From an uncultured Solirubrobacterales bacterium (lineage in GTDB: Bacteria > Actinomycetota > Thermoleophilia > Solirubrobacterales > JBBDJG01), in the NCBI GenBank assembly GCA_963826005.1, contig CAWGVJ010000014.1, positions 14,017 to 78,016 on the forward strand: a stretch of DNA of 64,000 bases. The letters run 5' to 3'. Below the pieces are notes generated by a model. That model was not told where the DNA came from. It searched no databases and was given only the letters and a program-made list of their open reading frames with translations. Both the position numbers and the translations under genes were made by a program. Numbering within the stretch: the first letter of the stretch is position 1; each line of letters starts with the position of its first letter. This document shows positions 35,826 to 46,325 of this stretch, in pieces.

Positions 35826-37214
35826 CTAGGGAGCGATGTTCTGGTTCACCCGGAACAGGTTGTCCGGGTCATAGCGGCGCTTGACCTCGACGAGCCGGTC
35901 GTAGTTCCCGCGATACGTGGCCCGCACGCGCTCCGGTCCCTCGTCGTGCATGAGGAAGTTCACGTACGCGCCTCCAGCCGAATGCGGGTGCAGCGCATCG
36001 AAGTAGCTCTTTGTCCAATCGGTGATGGCGGCCGCGTTCGCCGGCTCGGGGTCGACGCCCACGATCACCTCCGCCCAGCGCGAGTCGCGGTAGGCGAAGG
36101 CGGTCTCGTCCTGTCCGACGTCGTGGACCGCTCCGTCGATCGGGTACAGGTGCATGGTCGAGTGCATCTTCGGCATCTGCCGTCCGTACTCGGCGTGAGC
36201 CGCGATGGCCTCGTCGGGCAGCGAGTCGACGAAGTCGGCCCTCCAGTACCACTGAAGTCCCGACGGGTAGACCGCGTCGAAGGCAGACTGAATACCGGGG
36301 AAGGGCACCGGCGCGACGCCGTCGAGCAGCGGCGGGCCGAACTCGCGCGCCGGGCGTAGGGCCTCCTCCGCCTCGTCCAGATCGCCCGTGCAGCACCACA
36401 CCACGCCGCACACCTTCTGCAGGTGCAGCTCCGCGGGAAACGGATCCCCGGGCGGGACCGTCAGGAAGGCGAAGAAGCCGTTGACGTCGCGCGGCGCATC
36501 CGCCATGAAGTCGTCGTAGAAGCGCAGCAATTCTTCGGACTGCTCGAGTGGCCAGAACATCGGGCCGGCCAGCACGGTGTCAACAGGGTTTGCCCGGAAC
36601 TCGAACGAGGTCACGGCGCCGAAGTTGCCGCCTCCCCCGCGGACCGCCCAGAACAGGTCCTCGTTCTGGTCCTCGCTGGCCGTCACGCTGCTGCCGTCGG
36701 CCAGCACCATGTCCGCCGACAGCAGATTGTCCAGCGCAAGCCCGTACTTGCGGCTGAGGTGGCCGATCCCACCGCCGAGCGTCAGGCCACCGACACCCGT
36801 CGTGGAGATGATGCCGCTCGGCACCGCGAGCCCGTGCTCGTGCGTGGCCCGGTCAACCTCACCCCACGTCGCGCCGCCCTGTACGCGCACCGTCTTCCGC
36901 TTTGGGTCGACCTCGACCTCGCGCATCCCCGAGAGGTCGATCACGAGGCCGTCGTCCACCACGCCCAGCCCGCCCGCGTTGTGACCGCCACCCCGGATCG
37001 AGACCAGAACGCCCTCGCCGCGTGCGAAGTTCACCGCCGCGGTCACGTCGCCTGCGCCGGCACAGCGGGCGATCAGCCCCGGCCGGCGGTCGATCATGGC
37101 GTTGTAGACCTTGCGTGCCTCGTCGTAGCGACCGTCGCCCGGGGCGATCAGGTCACCACTGAAATCCGACTCCAACCGACTGCTCGCCGCTTGATCGAGA
37201 GTGCCCGTCGCCAT
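35826..37214 (-). CDS. FAD-linked oxidase (PCMH / berberine-bridge-enzyme-like)
   Basis: 462 aa from ATG 37214: MATGTLDQ...VSIRGGGHNAGG...GGATWGEVD...TTGVGGLTLGGGIGHLSRKYGL...FWAVRGGGGNFG...YVNF...LVEVKRRYDPDNLFRVNQNI. Confidence 0.85.
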   Translation of the reverse strand: MATGTLDQAASSRLESDFSGDLIAPGDGRYDEARKVYNAMIDRRPGLIARCAGAGDVTAAVNFARGEGVLVSIRGGGHNAGGLGVVDDGLVIDLSGMREVEVDPKRKTVRVQGGATWGEVDRATHEHGLAVPSGIISTTGVGGLTLGGGIGHLSRKYGLALDNLLSADMVLADGSSVTASEDQNEDLFWAVRGGGGNFGAVTSFEFRANPVDTVLAGPMFWPLEQSEELLRFYDDFMADAPRDVNGFFAFLTVPPGDPFPAELHLQKVCGVVWCCTGDLDEAEEALRPAREFGPPLLDGVAPVPFPGIQSAFDAVYPSGLQWYWRADFVDSLPDEAIAAHAEYGRQMPKMHSTMHLYPIDGAVHDVGQDETAFAYRDSRWAEVIVGVDPEPANAAAITDWTKSYFDALHPHSAGGAYVNFLMHDEGPERVRATYRGNYDRLVEVKRRYDPDNLFRVNQNIAP

Positions 37215-37325
37215 AGTTCGCCCCTTTCGAGCACGACCACCGAGAGGGTCGTGCGGTCGAGTGTCAGGAAGAGAAGATACGCCCACTAGAATTCCGCACG
37301 CCGGTAGACCGTCGGGAGGCCAGCC

Positions 37326-37748
37326 CTGGGCAACGTCGAGGTTATTCAGCAGTTCCTCAGAGCCACGACCCGCAGAGACGCGGAGGGCATGGTCGCGCTC
37401 AGCGCTGAGGACATCCAGTTCGTGCCCATCACCTCCGCGATGGAGGGCCGCGAGTACTCCGGTCATGCGGGGGTCCGCCAGTTCCTCGAGGACCTCGGCG
37501 ACCATTGGGAGTTCTTCGAGACGATCCAGCACGAGTGGCACGACCTCGGGGACCGTGTGGTCGCGCTCGGTTGCTGGCATGCCCGGGGGCGGGCCAGCGG
37601 CGTCGAGATCACCGACCAGCCGGCAGTGTGGCTGGCCTGCATCACGGACGGCAAGATCACGCGCTGGCGCACGTACACCGACGTGGCCGAGGGTCTCGAG
37701 GCGGCGGGTCTGTCGAAAGACTCGCGCGAGCCCTGGCTGAACAGCTAG
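37326..37748 (+). CDS. NTF2/SnoaL-like protein (singleton)
   Basis: ORF 37389..37748 extends in frame upstream (NVEVIQQFLRATTRRDAEG) to a CTG at 37326, 6 nt after GGGAGG. The first ATG is at 37389. Ends ...TYTDVAEGLEAAGLSKDSREPWLNS. Confidence 0.65.
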   Translation: MGNVEVIQQFLRATTRRDAEGMVALSAEDIQFVPITSAMEGREYSGHAGVRQFLEDLGDHWEFFETIQHEWHDLGDRVVALGCWHARGRASGVEITDQPAVWLACITDGKITRWRTYTDVAEGLEAAGLSKDSREPWLNS

Positions 37749-39157
37749 CCCGGCCGGCAGGGCACCCTGAAACGATCGCGCGTATTCCCGCCCGCGTCGA
37801 TCGCGCTCCCGTGGAACTCGTGGCCGGCGACCCTGATGCGCAGGCGGTGGTAGAAGAGGCCGCGCCGCGCGGACCACTTCGGCCGGCGGCGCGTGACGAA
37901 CCCGTTGAGGTGCGCGCCCCCGCCTCCGCTGACTATGTAGACGATCCCCTTGCGGCTGCGACGCCCGGAGCGCAGCGGCTTCGAGCGCTCGTAGTTCTGC
38001 ACGTGGCCGTTGAGCACCAGGTCGACGCCGCCGCGCTGCAGGATCGGGACGAACCGGCCGCGGCGCAGGTGCCGTGTGTGGCCGCCGTAGCCACGCCCGC
38101 TCGACCACAGCGGATGGTGGAAGTAGGCGACCTTGCAGCGGGCCTGTGAGGTGCTCAGCTCGTTGCGCAGCCAGCGCCGCTGGGCGCCGTCGAACCTGTT
38201 CGAGTCGAGCGACACGAACAGCACGCCCCCGTAGGTGAAGCTGTAGTAGAGCTTGCCATTGGGCGTCGCGAAGAAGCGCTTGTAGTTCTCGAGGTTGTAG
38301 TAGTCGTGGTTGCCCACGCTGGGCCAGAAGGGCTTCGTCCCGATCAGGCGGCGCAGCGGGCCCAGCACGAAGCTGCGGTACTCCTCCTCGGTGCCGTAGA
38401 TCTGAGCGTTGTCGCCGGTCGTGATCGCGAACGACAGGCGCGGGTCCTCGGACAGGCGGCGCAGGTTGGCACGCGCCGCCGGCGTGCCGATGCCGTAGTC
38501 GCCGATCACGCCGAAGGAGAAGTCGCCCGGGGAGGCCGGCGGAGTCGTGAAGCGTGAAAGCTCCCCCACCTTCCCGTCGGACTCCCAGCGGTACTCGTAC
38601 GTCGTGCTCGGCGCGAGCGGGCCGACCGGCACGGCGTGCCGCCGCGTCAATGTCGCGTCGCGCTTGACGACCGCGAGCGGCCCGCCGGCCGGGCCGAAGG
38701 CGAGCGCCGTGGTGGCGGGCTCGTAGGTCTGCCAGACCACGGACGTGCCGGTCGCGGTGAGCTGTTGCAGGTAGGGGCCGATCTCGAACGCACGCGACGG
38801 CGGAGTGGTGATGCGCGCCGGCGGCGAGTCAGCGCTCTCGCCGTCCGGGCCGATCGCGCGCACGACGTATTGGTAGGTCTTGCCCGCGAGCAGCCACTCG
38901 TCCTCGAAGCGGGGCTCGGCGATCTCGCCGAGCTTGATGCCGTCGCGATAGACCGCGTACAACTCGAGCGGCGGCGCCGGGTCCGACCCCGACTTCCACG
39001 TGAGCACCACTTCGTCGGGGCGCTTCGCCTCGGCATACGTGTCGCGCGGAGCCGCCGGGACGTCGGCGTGGGCCGGCAGTGCCGGCCACAGCAGCGCGAA
39101 GGCGACGATCAGTGCGCGGGTCAGCCGGCGAATGCGCTGGGCCCTGGTGCCGACCAG
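37745..39157 (-). CDS. secreted FN3 + purple-acid-phosphatase-like metallophosphoesterase (C-terminal ~470 aa of the fused 805-aa ORF)
   Basis: Signal-like RIRRLTRALIVAFALLWPALPAHA/DVP. Motifs GVIGDYG, TTGDNAQIY, SVGNHDY, YFHHPLW, LNGHVQNYERS. No ATG/GTG/TTG before the signal peptide; the only candidate is a CTG at 39157. Confidence 0.7.
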   Translation of the reverse strand: MVGTRAQRIRRLTRALIVAFALLWPALPAHADVPAAPRDTYAEAKRPDEVVLTWKSGSDPAPPLELYAVYRDGIKLGEIAEPRFEDEWLLAGKTYQYVVRAIGPDGESADSPPARITTPPSRAFEIGPYLQQLTATGTSVVWQTYEPATTALAFGPAGGPLAVVKRDATLTRRHAVPVGPLAPSTTYEYRWESDGKVGELSRFTTPPASPGDFSFGVIGDYGIGTPAARANLRRLSEDPRLSFAITTGDNAQIYGTEEEYRSFVLGPLRRLIGTKPFWPSVGNHDYYNLENYKRFFATPNGKLYYSFTYGGVLFVSLDSNRFDGAQRRWLRNELSTSQARCKVAYFHHPLWSSGRGYGGHTRHLRRGRFVPILQRGGVDLVLNGHVQNYERSKPLRSGRRSRKGIVYIVSGGGGAHLNGFVTRRRPKWSARRGLFYHRLRIRVAGHEFHGSAIDAGGNTRDRFRVPCRPG

Positions 39158-40162
39158 CTTCCGCGCGACGAGCTGCTCGGCCACCTGCACCGCGTTCGTC
39201 GCGGCGCCCTTGCGGAGGTTGTCGCCGACGATCCACATGTTGAGACAGCGCTCGTGCGAGGGATCGCGCCTGATCCTGCCCACGAAAACCTCGTCGTGCC
39301 CCGCCGCGTCGATCGGCATCGGGTAGCGGCCCGCGGCCGGATCGTCCACGACGACGACTCCGGGGAACGAGCTCAGGACCTCGCGGCAGCGCTCCGGCGA
39401 GAGATCCTCGCGCGTCTGCACGTTGACCGACTCGGAGTGCGCGTTGTAGACCGGCACGCGCACGCACGTGGCGGAGATCGCGATCTCCTCGTCGCCGAGG
39501 ATCTTGCGCGTCTCGGCCATCATCTTGCGCTCCTCGGTCGTGTAGTCGTCGCCGTCCTTGAAGACCTCTACCTGGGGCACGATGTTGAACGCGATCTGGT
39601 GGGGGTACACCGCGGCCTCGACGTCGCGCTCGCCCAGCACGGCCTCGGCCTGGGAGCGCAGCTCCTCGACCGCTTTCTGCCCGGTGCCCGACGTGGATTG
39701 ATACGTGGACACGATCACGCGCTCGATCCCGACCGCGTCGAGGATCGGCTTGAGCGCCATCACCATCTGCATCGTGGAGCAGTTGGGGTTCGCGACGATG
39801 CCCTCGTGGCGCTCCAGCGCGTCGCCGTTCACCTCGGCCACGACCAGCGGCACGTTCGGCTCCATGCGCCAGGCGCTGGAGTTGTCCACGACCACGCAGC
39901 CGGCGTCCTTGAACTTCGGCGCCCACTCGCGTGACACGCTGCCGCCGGCGGAGAAGATCGCGATGTCGAAGCCATCGATCGCGTCGTCGGCCAGGGCGCG
40001 CACCTCGAGCTGCCCCTTGCCGTACGGGACCTTCTTCCCCGCGGATCGGGCGGAGGCGAGCGGGACGACCTCGGACGCGTCGAACCGTCGCTCGCTCATC
40101 ACCGCGAGCATGGTGGAGCCGACGGCGCCGGTCGCTCCCACGACCGCCACGCGCACGCTCAT
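39158..40162 (-). CDS. asd: aspartate-semialdehyde dehydrogenase (no stop codon before the downstream phosphoesterase reading frame)
   Basis: [15 protein letters not shown]...[10 protein letters not shown]...[13 protein letters not shown]...[18 protein letters not shown]. The ATG overlaps the ask stop (ATGA). The C-terminal boundary is unresolved. Confidence 0.85.
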
Positions 40163-41421
40163 CGCGGCCCACCGTCCTCGCGCTGGACCTCGTCCTTGCC
40201 CAGCTCGAACGTGTCGTGCAGCGCTCTCACGGCGTCGGGCACGCGGTCGGCCGCGATCACGCAGGAGATCTTGATCGGGGATGTAGAGATCATCTCGATG
40301 TTGATCTCCTTCTCACCGAGGGTCGCGAACACCTTTGCGGCGACACCGGGATGGCTGCGCATTCCCGCTCCCACGACCGAGACCTTGCCCATCTGGTCGT
40401 TCGTGATCACGGCATCGAGGCCCAGGTCACCGGTCAGCGCCTCCAGCGAACGCCGCGCGACGTTGACATCCGACTTCGGCACCGTGAAGGAGATCTCCGC
40501 GCTGCGGTCGCTCGACACCGGCTCGTTCTGCACGATCATGTCCACGTTCACGTCGGCCGCCGCCAGCGCGCCGAAGATGCGCGCCGCGATGCCCGGCCGG
40601 TCCGGCACGCCCGTGACGGTGACGCGAGCGTCCTCGGTCGAATGGGTGACAGCTGTGATGAGAGGTCGCTCCATGGTCTCGTGCTCGCCGAGAACGAGGG
40701 TACCGGAGCCGTCGCCGTAGCTCGGCTTCACGTGGATCCGCACTCCGTAGTTGCGCGCGTACTCGACCGAGCGCAGCTGCAGCACCTTGGCGCCGGAAGC
40801 CGACATCTCGAGCATCTCCTCGAACGAGAGCACCGGCAGCTTGCGGGCATCCGGCACGATGCGCGGGTCGGCCGAGAAGACGCCGTCGACGTCCGTGTAG
40901 ATCTGGCACACGTCCGCACCCAGCGCCGCCGCCAGCGCGACCGCGGTGGTGTCCGAGCCGCCGCGCCCGAGCGTCGTCACGTCGCGGGAGGTCGAGACCC
41001 CCTGGAAGCCCGCGACCAGCACGATGCGGCCCTCCTCGAGGCCGGCGCGGATGCGGTCGGCGCGCACGTCCACGATTCGCGCCTTTGTGTGCGAGGTGTC
41101 GGTCACGATCCCGGCCTGCGAGCCCGACAGCGAGATCGCCTCGATGCCCAGGTCGTTGAGCGCCATCGCGCACAGCGCGCACGAGATGCGCTCGCCGGTG
41201 GACAGCAGCATGTCCATCTCGCGCGGGTGCGGCTCGGGCGAGATCTCGTGCGCCATCTCGACCAGCTGGTCGGTCGTGGCACCGCGCGCCGACAGCACGG
41301 CAACGACCGAGCTGCCCTCCTGGCGCGCGCGCACCATGCGCTTCGCGGCGCCGATCAGGCGCTCGGCATCGGCGACGGAGGTGCCGCCGAACTTCATCAC
41401 GACGATGCCGTTGGAGCTCAT
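40159..41421 (-). CDS. ask: aspartate kinase
   Basis: Intact 420-aa [29 protein letters not shown], two ACT domains. Confidence 0.9.
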   Translation of the reverse strand: MSSNGIVVMKFGGTSVADAERLIGAAKRMVRARQEGSSVVAVLSARGATTDQLVEMAHEISPEPHPREMDMLLSTGERISCALCAMALNDLGIEAISLSGSQAGIVTDTSHTKARIVDVRADRIRAGLEEGRIVLVAGFQGVSTSRDVTTLGRGGSDTTAVALAAALGADVCQIYTDVDGVFSADPRIVPDARKLPVLSFEEMLEMSASGAKVLQLRSVEYARNYGVRIHVKPSYGDGSGTLVLGEHETMERPLITAVTHSTEDARVTVTGVPDRPGIAARIFGALAAADVNVDMIVQNEPVSSDRSAEISFTVPKSDVNVARRSLEALTGDLGLDAVITNDQMGKVSVVGAGMRSHPGVAAKVFATLGEKEINIEMISTSPIKISCVIAADRVPDAVRALHDTFELGKDEVQREDGGPR

Positions 41422-42080
41422 GGCCGATCAGGATAGGCGAGAGCCTCGAGCGCCTCGTCCTTTGCACGGAAGGCCTGGAACCGTACGAGCCGTCCGCCCT
41501 GCTGCGTGTATACGTGCGCCCAGTGCTCCTCGATCACGATGCCGCTGCCCTGCGCCGTGCCCCTCACGTCGAGCTCGACAAGCACGGCATCGCCGATCGG
41601 GACGAAAGCCATCGGCACGAAGGTGAATTCCTCCCATACCTCCATCGAGGCGTCGAAGAACTGCCGCATGCCCTCCGGGCCGGTGAAGGTCTGCATCATC
41701 GACTGCTCGAGCGGAACGAACTCGGCGTCCGGCTCCAACATCTTCACCAGCGAATCGACGTCGCTCCGGTTCCAGGCCGCGTAGCCGGCGAGGATCGTCT
41801 CGATCGCGGTGCGCCAGCTCTCCCCCTCGGTGAGCCCCGCGTCCTCGAGCGCTTCGGCGCGCAGGGTGTAGGGCCGGTGGAGCACGATCTTGCCGGCGCA
41901 CACCTCCACGAGCAGCGCGCCGCGCTGGTTGAGCTCGATCCCGCTGCCCTTCGCGCGGCCCACGTGGTGCTGGAAGAGCACGACACGGTCGCCGACCTCG
42001 ACCAGCGCCTCGATCTCGACATCCCCCCGTGCCCACGCATCGGTTCCGCGCCGCACGACTTCGATGCTCGGGGAGGGCAT
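41418..42080 (-). CDS. two-module NTF2/SnoaL-like protein (truncated first module fused to a complete second module)
   Basis: 220-aa [23 protein letters not shown] joins directly to a C-terminal half ...[14 protein letters not shown] full module follows: [20 protein letters not shown]...[17 protein letters not shown]. Its stop overlaps the ask ATG (ATGA). Confidence 0.75.
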   Translation of the reverse strand: MPSPSIEVVRRGTDAWARGDVEIEALVEVGDRVVLFQHHVGRAKGSGIELNQRGALLVEVCAGKIVLHRPYTLRAEALEDAGLTEGESWRTAIETILAGYAAWNRSDVDSLVKMLEPDAEFVPLEQSMMQTFTGPEGMRQFFDASMEVWEEFTFVPMAFVPIGDAVLVELDVRGTAQGSGIVIEEHWAHVYTQQGGRLVRFQAFRAKDEALEALAYPDRP

Positions 42081-42086
42081 TGGTCC

Positions 42087-42686
42087 TTACAGCGCGCGAC
42101 GGCCCGACAGTGCCTTGCCGAGCGTGATCTCGTCCGCGTACTCGAGGTCGGCGCCGACCGGCAGCCCGCTCGCGAGGCGCGTGACCACTACCTCCTTGCC
42201 GAGCGCGCGCAGCGCCTCGGCGATGAAGAAGCCGGTCGCCTCGCCCGAGGTGGTGGGGTTGGTCGCGATCACGACCTCGCTCACGTCGCCGTCGCGCACC
42301 CTGTCGACCAGCTGCGCGATCTTGAGGTGCTCTGGGTCCACTCCGTCGATCGGCGACAGCGCACCGCCCAGCACGTGGTACAGGCCGCGAAATTCGTGCG
42401 TGCGCTCGATCGGCACCACGTCGGCCGGCTCCTCCACCACGCAGATCACCGATCTGTCGCGGCGCTCGTCCTGGCAGATCCCGCAGCGCGGCCCCTCCGC
42501 GAGGTTGAAGCACACCTCGCACAGGCCGATGCGCTCCTTCACCTCCTTGATCGCGGCACTCAGCGCGAGCGCGTCCTGCTCCGGCACGCGCAGGATGTGG
42601 AAGGCGAGCCGCTGCGCCGTGCGCTGGCCGATGCCCGGCAGCTTTGCCAGCTCGGTGATCAGCCTGTTGACGGGAGGAGCGAACAA
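42087..42686 (-). CDS. recR: recombination protein RecR
   Basis: Intact 199-aa ORF. LPGIGQRTAQRLAFH, C4 zinc motif CEVCFNLAEGPRCGIC, Toprim. Confidence 0.9.
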   Translation of the reverse strand: MFAPPVNRLITELAKLPGIGQRTAQRLAFHILRVPEQDALALSAAIKEVKERIGLCEVCFNLAEGPRCGICQDERRDRSVICVVEEPADVVPIERTHEFRGLYHVLGGALSPIDGVDPEHLKIAQLVDRVRDGDVSEVVIATNPTTSGEATGFFIAEALRALGKEVVVTRLASGLPVGADLEYADEITLGKALSGRRAL

Positions 42687-43037
42687 CTACATGCCCGGGA
42701 GGCCCAGGCCACCCAGGTCCAGCCCGCCGGTGAGGCCACCGAGCTTGCGGTTCGCCAGCTCCTGCGCGGAGCGGATCCCCTCGTTCACCGCCGCCAGCAC
42801 CATGTCCTGGAGCATCTCGAAGTCCTCTGGGGAGGGAGCCTCACCCTCGCCGCCCAGCGCGTCGGGGCTGATCACGATCTCCTTCACCTCGAGGTCGCCC
42901 GTGACCTTGACCGTCACCATGCCGCCCCCGGCCGAGGCCTCGACGACCTCATGCTTGAGCTGCTCCTGGGCCTTGACCATCTCGGCCTGCATCTGCTGCA
43001 CCTGCTTGAGCATCTTGTTCATGTTGGGTTGAGGCAT
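42687..43037 (-). CDS. ybaB: YbaB/EbfC family nucleoid-associated protein
   Basis: 116 aa from ATG 43037: MPQPNMNKMLKQVQQMQAEMVKAQEQL...GMVTVKVTGDLEV. Overlaps the dnaX stop by 1 nt. Confidence 0.9.
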   Translation of the reverse strand: MPQPNMNKMLKQVQQMQAEMVKAQEQLKHEVVEASAGGGMVTVKVTGDLEVKEIVISPDALGGEGEAPSPEDFEMLQDMVLAAVNEGIRSAQELANRKLGGLTGGLDLGGLGLPGM

Positions 43038-44662
43038 CAGTCCTCCTGGACCTCTTCGGCGTCGAAGGTGCTCTTCATGCGCTCGTACGCCTCGTCCTCG
43101 GTGAGCCGGGGCGCAGCTGCGTCGGCCTGCTCCTCGTCGCTCAGCTCGAACCGCACCGAGTAGGGACGCCCGGCGACCAGCTCGAGCGCGCGGCCGAGCC
43201 GCTGCCCGTTGGCGCGATCCTCGATCTTGCGCTTGCTGAACGATGCCGAGGCGGGATAGGCCAGCACGAGCACGTCCTCCTCGAGCGCCACGGGCCGCGC
43301 GTCGGCGAGCAGCGCGGCGAGCATCTCGCCTCCCTCTCCTTCGCCCACGCGCTCGAGCACCGCGGGCCACAGCGTGTGCAGCTCAGGCGTCGGGCTCGGT
43401 GACGGCGCGGGCGCCGGCACAGGTCCGGGCGCGGGAGCAGCCGCTTCCACGGGTGCGGCCGCGCGCGTCGGGGCCCTGGTCACGCGCGGCTCGTCGGGCG
43501 GAGGCTCGGCCGATCCCCGCTCCAGCCGCTCGATCCTCGTCAGCAGCGCGTCCACCGACGCGTCGGCGCTGGGCCGCGCCGCCTTCAGCAGCGCGACCTC
43601 GAGCTGCGTGCGCGGGTCGGAGCCCTCCTTCACCTGGGCGATCGCGTCGGCGAGCAGGTCGATGGTGCGCACGGCGTCCGCCTGGGTGAGGTCGCGCGCC
43701 TGGTCCTCCAGCCGGGAAACCTGGTCCGCCGTGACGCTGAAGGTGTCGGGCGGCTCGCCGAGCGTCTGCACCACGATCAGCTGGCGCAGGTGGGCGGTCA
43801 GGTCCCGCATGAACTGGACCGGGTCGCGGCCGGACTCGCTCAGCTCGCGCACGCGCCGCAGCGCGGCCGCCGGGTCGCGCGCGACCACCGCGTCGGTCGC
43901 GGAGAAGATCAGGTCCGCATCCGCGACGTCGAGCAGCTCCAGCACGTCGTCGAAGGAGACCTGCTTTCCGCCGTAGGTGACGAGCTGGTCGAGCGTCCCG
44001 ATCGCGTCGCGGAAGCTGCCGCCCGCGGAGCGCGCGATCATCATCAGCGCGCGTCCGTCCGCCTCGATGCCCTCGGCCGCGGAGATCCGCTCGAGCACGG
44101 TGGAGATCTCCTCGAGCGAGGGCCGCTGGAAGTCGAAGCGGTGACAGCGGTCGACGATCGTGGGAAGCACCTTGTGCGCCTCGGTGGTCGCGAGCACGAA
44201 GATCGTGTTGGGCGGCGGCTCCTCCAGCGTCTTCAGGAAGGCGTTCCACGCCTGTGTGGAGAGCATGTGCGCCTCGTCCAGGATGTAGACCTTCCAGCGG
44301 TCCATCGCGGGCGCGAAGCCGACCTTCTCGCGCAGGTCCCTGATGTCGTCGACGGAGTTGTTTGAGGCGGCGTCCATCTCGATCACGTCGAGCGACGTCG
44401 AGCTCGCGATCGTGGTGCACGATTCGCACTCGCCGCACGGCTCGAGGGTGGGGCCGTTGATGCAGTTGAGCGAGCGGGCGAGGATCTTCGCGACCGACGT
44501 CTTGCCGGTCCCGCGGGCGCCCACGAACAGGTAGGCGTGATGCACCTGGCCGTTCATGACCGCATTGCTCATGGTGCGCACGATCGCCTTCTGGCCGACG
44601 ACGTCGGCGAAGGTCTGCGGGCGGTGGCGGCGATAGAGGCTGGTCATGGGCGGCGGCTTCAT
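43037..44662 (-). CDS. dnaX: DNA polymerase III subunit gamma/tau
   Basis: Intact 541-aa ORF. GARGTGKTS, Zn module CGECESC, YILDEAHMLS. Confidence 0.9.
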   Translation of the reverse strand: MKPPPMTSLYRRHRPQTFADVVGQKAIVRTMSNAVMNGQVHHAYLFVGARGTGKTSVAKILARSLNCINGPTLEPCGECESCTTIASSTSLDVIEMDAASNNSVDDIRDLREKVGFAPAMDRWKVYILDEAHMLSTQAWNAFLKTLEEPPPNTIFVLATTEAHKVLPTIVDRCHRFDFQRPSLEEISTVLERISAAEGIEADGRALMMIARSAGGSFRDAIGTLDQLVTYGGKQVSFDDVLELLDVADADLIFSATDAVVARDPAAALRRVRELSESGRDPVQFMRDLTAHLRQLIVVQTLGEPPDTFSVTADQVSRLEDQARDLTQADAVRTIDLLADAIAQVKEGSDPRTQLEVALLKAARPSADASVDALLTRIERLERGSAEPPPDEPRVTRAPTRAAAPVEAAAPAPGPVPAPAPSPSPTPELHTLWPAVLERVGEGEGGEMLAALLADARPVALEEDVLVLAYPASASFSKRKIEDRANGQRLGRALELVAGRPYSVRFELSDEEQADAAAPRLTEDEAYERMKSTFDAEEVQED

Positions 44663-44716
44663 CCTAGCTGGCAGGTCCAGAGCCTCCGGGGCCTTCGGAG
44701 ATATCGTCCGCGCTCC

Positions 44717-46153
44717 GTGCGCGCCCTTTCACGCCTCCCATCCTGGCTGCTCGACGCGGCCGCCGCGGCGGCGATCGGAGGGGTCACGTGGCTGATTTTC
44801 AGCCGCGCCTTCCTGAATTACGACACCCTCTACGGGCTGATCTGGGGGCGCGACGTGGCGAGCGGGCGCACGCCGGACTACGAGGTCACGCTCGCCCCCA
44901 CTCCACATCCGCTCCTGGAAGCCGTGGCGGTGCCGGTGTCTTGGCTCGGCGAGGACGGCGGCTACACGGCGATGCTCGCGCTCGCGATGTTCGCGTGGGG
45001 CGCGCTCGTCTGGGGAGTGTTCCTGCTGGGCCGCGAGTCGTTCGGGTGGGCAGCCGGAGCGCTGGCGGCGTTCGTGGTGGCGACGCGCGACCCGTTCCTC
45101 TCGCAGGCGGTGCGGGCGTATGTGGACATCCCCTATCTGGCGCTGATCGTGAGCGCGGCCGTGCTCGAGATCCGGCGGCCGCGGCGCGGGCTGCCGGTGC
45201 TGGTGCTGCTCGGCCTGGCCGGACTGCTGCGGCCGGAGGCGTGGCTGCTGAGCGGCGTGTACTGGGTGTATGTCGCGCGGGAGCTGCCGCGCGCGCGTGC
45301 CATTGCGCTGGCCGCGGTGGCGATCGCGCCGCCCCTGCTGTGGGCGCTGAGTGATCTCGCCGTGACCGGGGATCCCCTCCATTCGCTCACGTTCACGCGC
45401 GACACCGCGGAGACGCTCGGCCGGCCGCACGGCGTCGGGAACGTGCCGGAGATCATGCCGCGGCGGCTCGGCGAGATCCTGCGCTGGGTGCCGCTCGTGG
45501 GCGGGACGGCCGGCTTCTTCCTCGCTCTGAAGTATGCGCGCGAGCGTGCGCTGGTGCCCGCCGCGCTGGCGGTGCTCGGCGGCGTCGCGTTCGTCGGGAT
45601 CGGGATCGCGGGTCTGTCGCTCCTCGGCCGCTACCTGTTCCTGCCGGCGGCGATGATCGCGATCTTCTTCGGGTACGCGGCGCTCGGCTGGATCGGCATG
45701 CCGCGCGATCGCGTGCGCAGTTTCTGGCTCGGGGGCGCGGCGGTTCTGATGATCGCGTTCGTCGGCTCCACGATCTCCCATCAGACGGATCGGCTCGACC
45801 GGCTGCGCGACGGGATCCAGCTGCGCGGGGCGATCCAGGACGACCTGCGCGACCTCACCCGCGACGACGCGGCGGAGCCACTGCTCGAGCGCTGCGCACC
45901 CGTGTACGTGCCCAACCACCGGCCCGTGCCGATCCTCGCCTGGTATCTCGACCGCGACCCGGACGTCTTCGTGTCGGCACAGCTGGAGCGGCCCGTGCGC
46001 GGCCTCTACGTCGCGCCGGCGAATCGCGTGGTGGAGCAGAAGTTCGTGCTCGACCCGCGCGACCCCAAGCGGGTGGAGGCCGCGGTGCCGCCCGGCTTCA
46101 CGTCCGTGGCTCGCAACGAGTCATGGGTGCTCTACGCGCGCGGCTGCGAATAG
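44717..46153 (+). CDS. polytopic membrane protein, possibly GT-C-type glycosyltransferase
   Basis: The frame of ORF 44537..46153 is used from GTG 44717, because the upstream part is antisense to dnaX. About 10 hydrophobic segments. The functional call is weak. Confidence 0.5.
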   Translation: MRALSRLPSWLLDAAAAAAIGGVTWLIFSRAFLNYDTLYGLIWGRDVASGRTPDYEVTLAPTPHPLLEAVAVPVSWLGEDGGYTAMLALAMFAWGALVWGVFLLGRESFGWAAGALAAFVVATRDPFLSQAVRAYVDIPYLALIVSAAVLEIRRPRRGLPVLVLLGLAGLLRPEAWLLSGVYWVYVARELPRARAIALAAVAIAPPLLWALSDLAVTGDPLHSLTFTRDTAETLGRPHGVGNVPEIMPRRLGEILRWVPLVGGTAGFFLALKYARERALVPAALAVLGGVAFVGIGIAGLSLLGRYLFLPAAMIAIFFGYAALGWIGMPRDRVRSFWLGGAAVLMIAFVGSTISHQTDRLDRLRDGIQLRGAIQDDLRDLTRDDAAEPLLERCAPVYVPNHRPVPILAWYLDRDPDVFVSAQLERPVRGLYVAPANRVVEQKFVLDPRDPKRVEAAVPPGFTSVARNESWVLYARGCE

Positions 46154-46224
46154 TGGCCACTAGATAAATGGACCGTGCACCCGTCGTCGAAAACGGGCCC
46201 CCAGGCGTGTCAGCTGCGTTGTGG

Positions 46225-46325
46225 CTCCAGCCAGGCTGTTCCGCGGCGCATAGAGAAGACCGCTTAAGGCTGCTTCCTTCCGGATCTGACCTGGTTCACG
46301 GGACTCCATCGCGCGGGACCTGGCC
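46225..46325 (-). ncRNA. ffs: signal recognition particle RNA (small 4.5S type)
   Basis: Minus strand reads ..GTGAACCAGGTCAGATCCGGAAGGAAGCAGCCTTAAGCGG.., the conserved domain-IV motif with GGAA tetraloop. The flanks GCCAGG...CCTGGC can pair. Ends are approximate. Confidence 0.7.

Noticed and set aside
40600-40700. Internal start for an aspartokinase beta subunit (as in Corynebacterium lysC)
   Set aside because: An internal Met (..[14 protein letters not shown]..) exists, but I could not identify a convincing SD. This cannot be supported from sequence alone.
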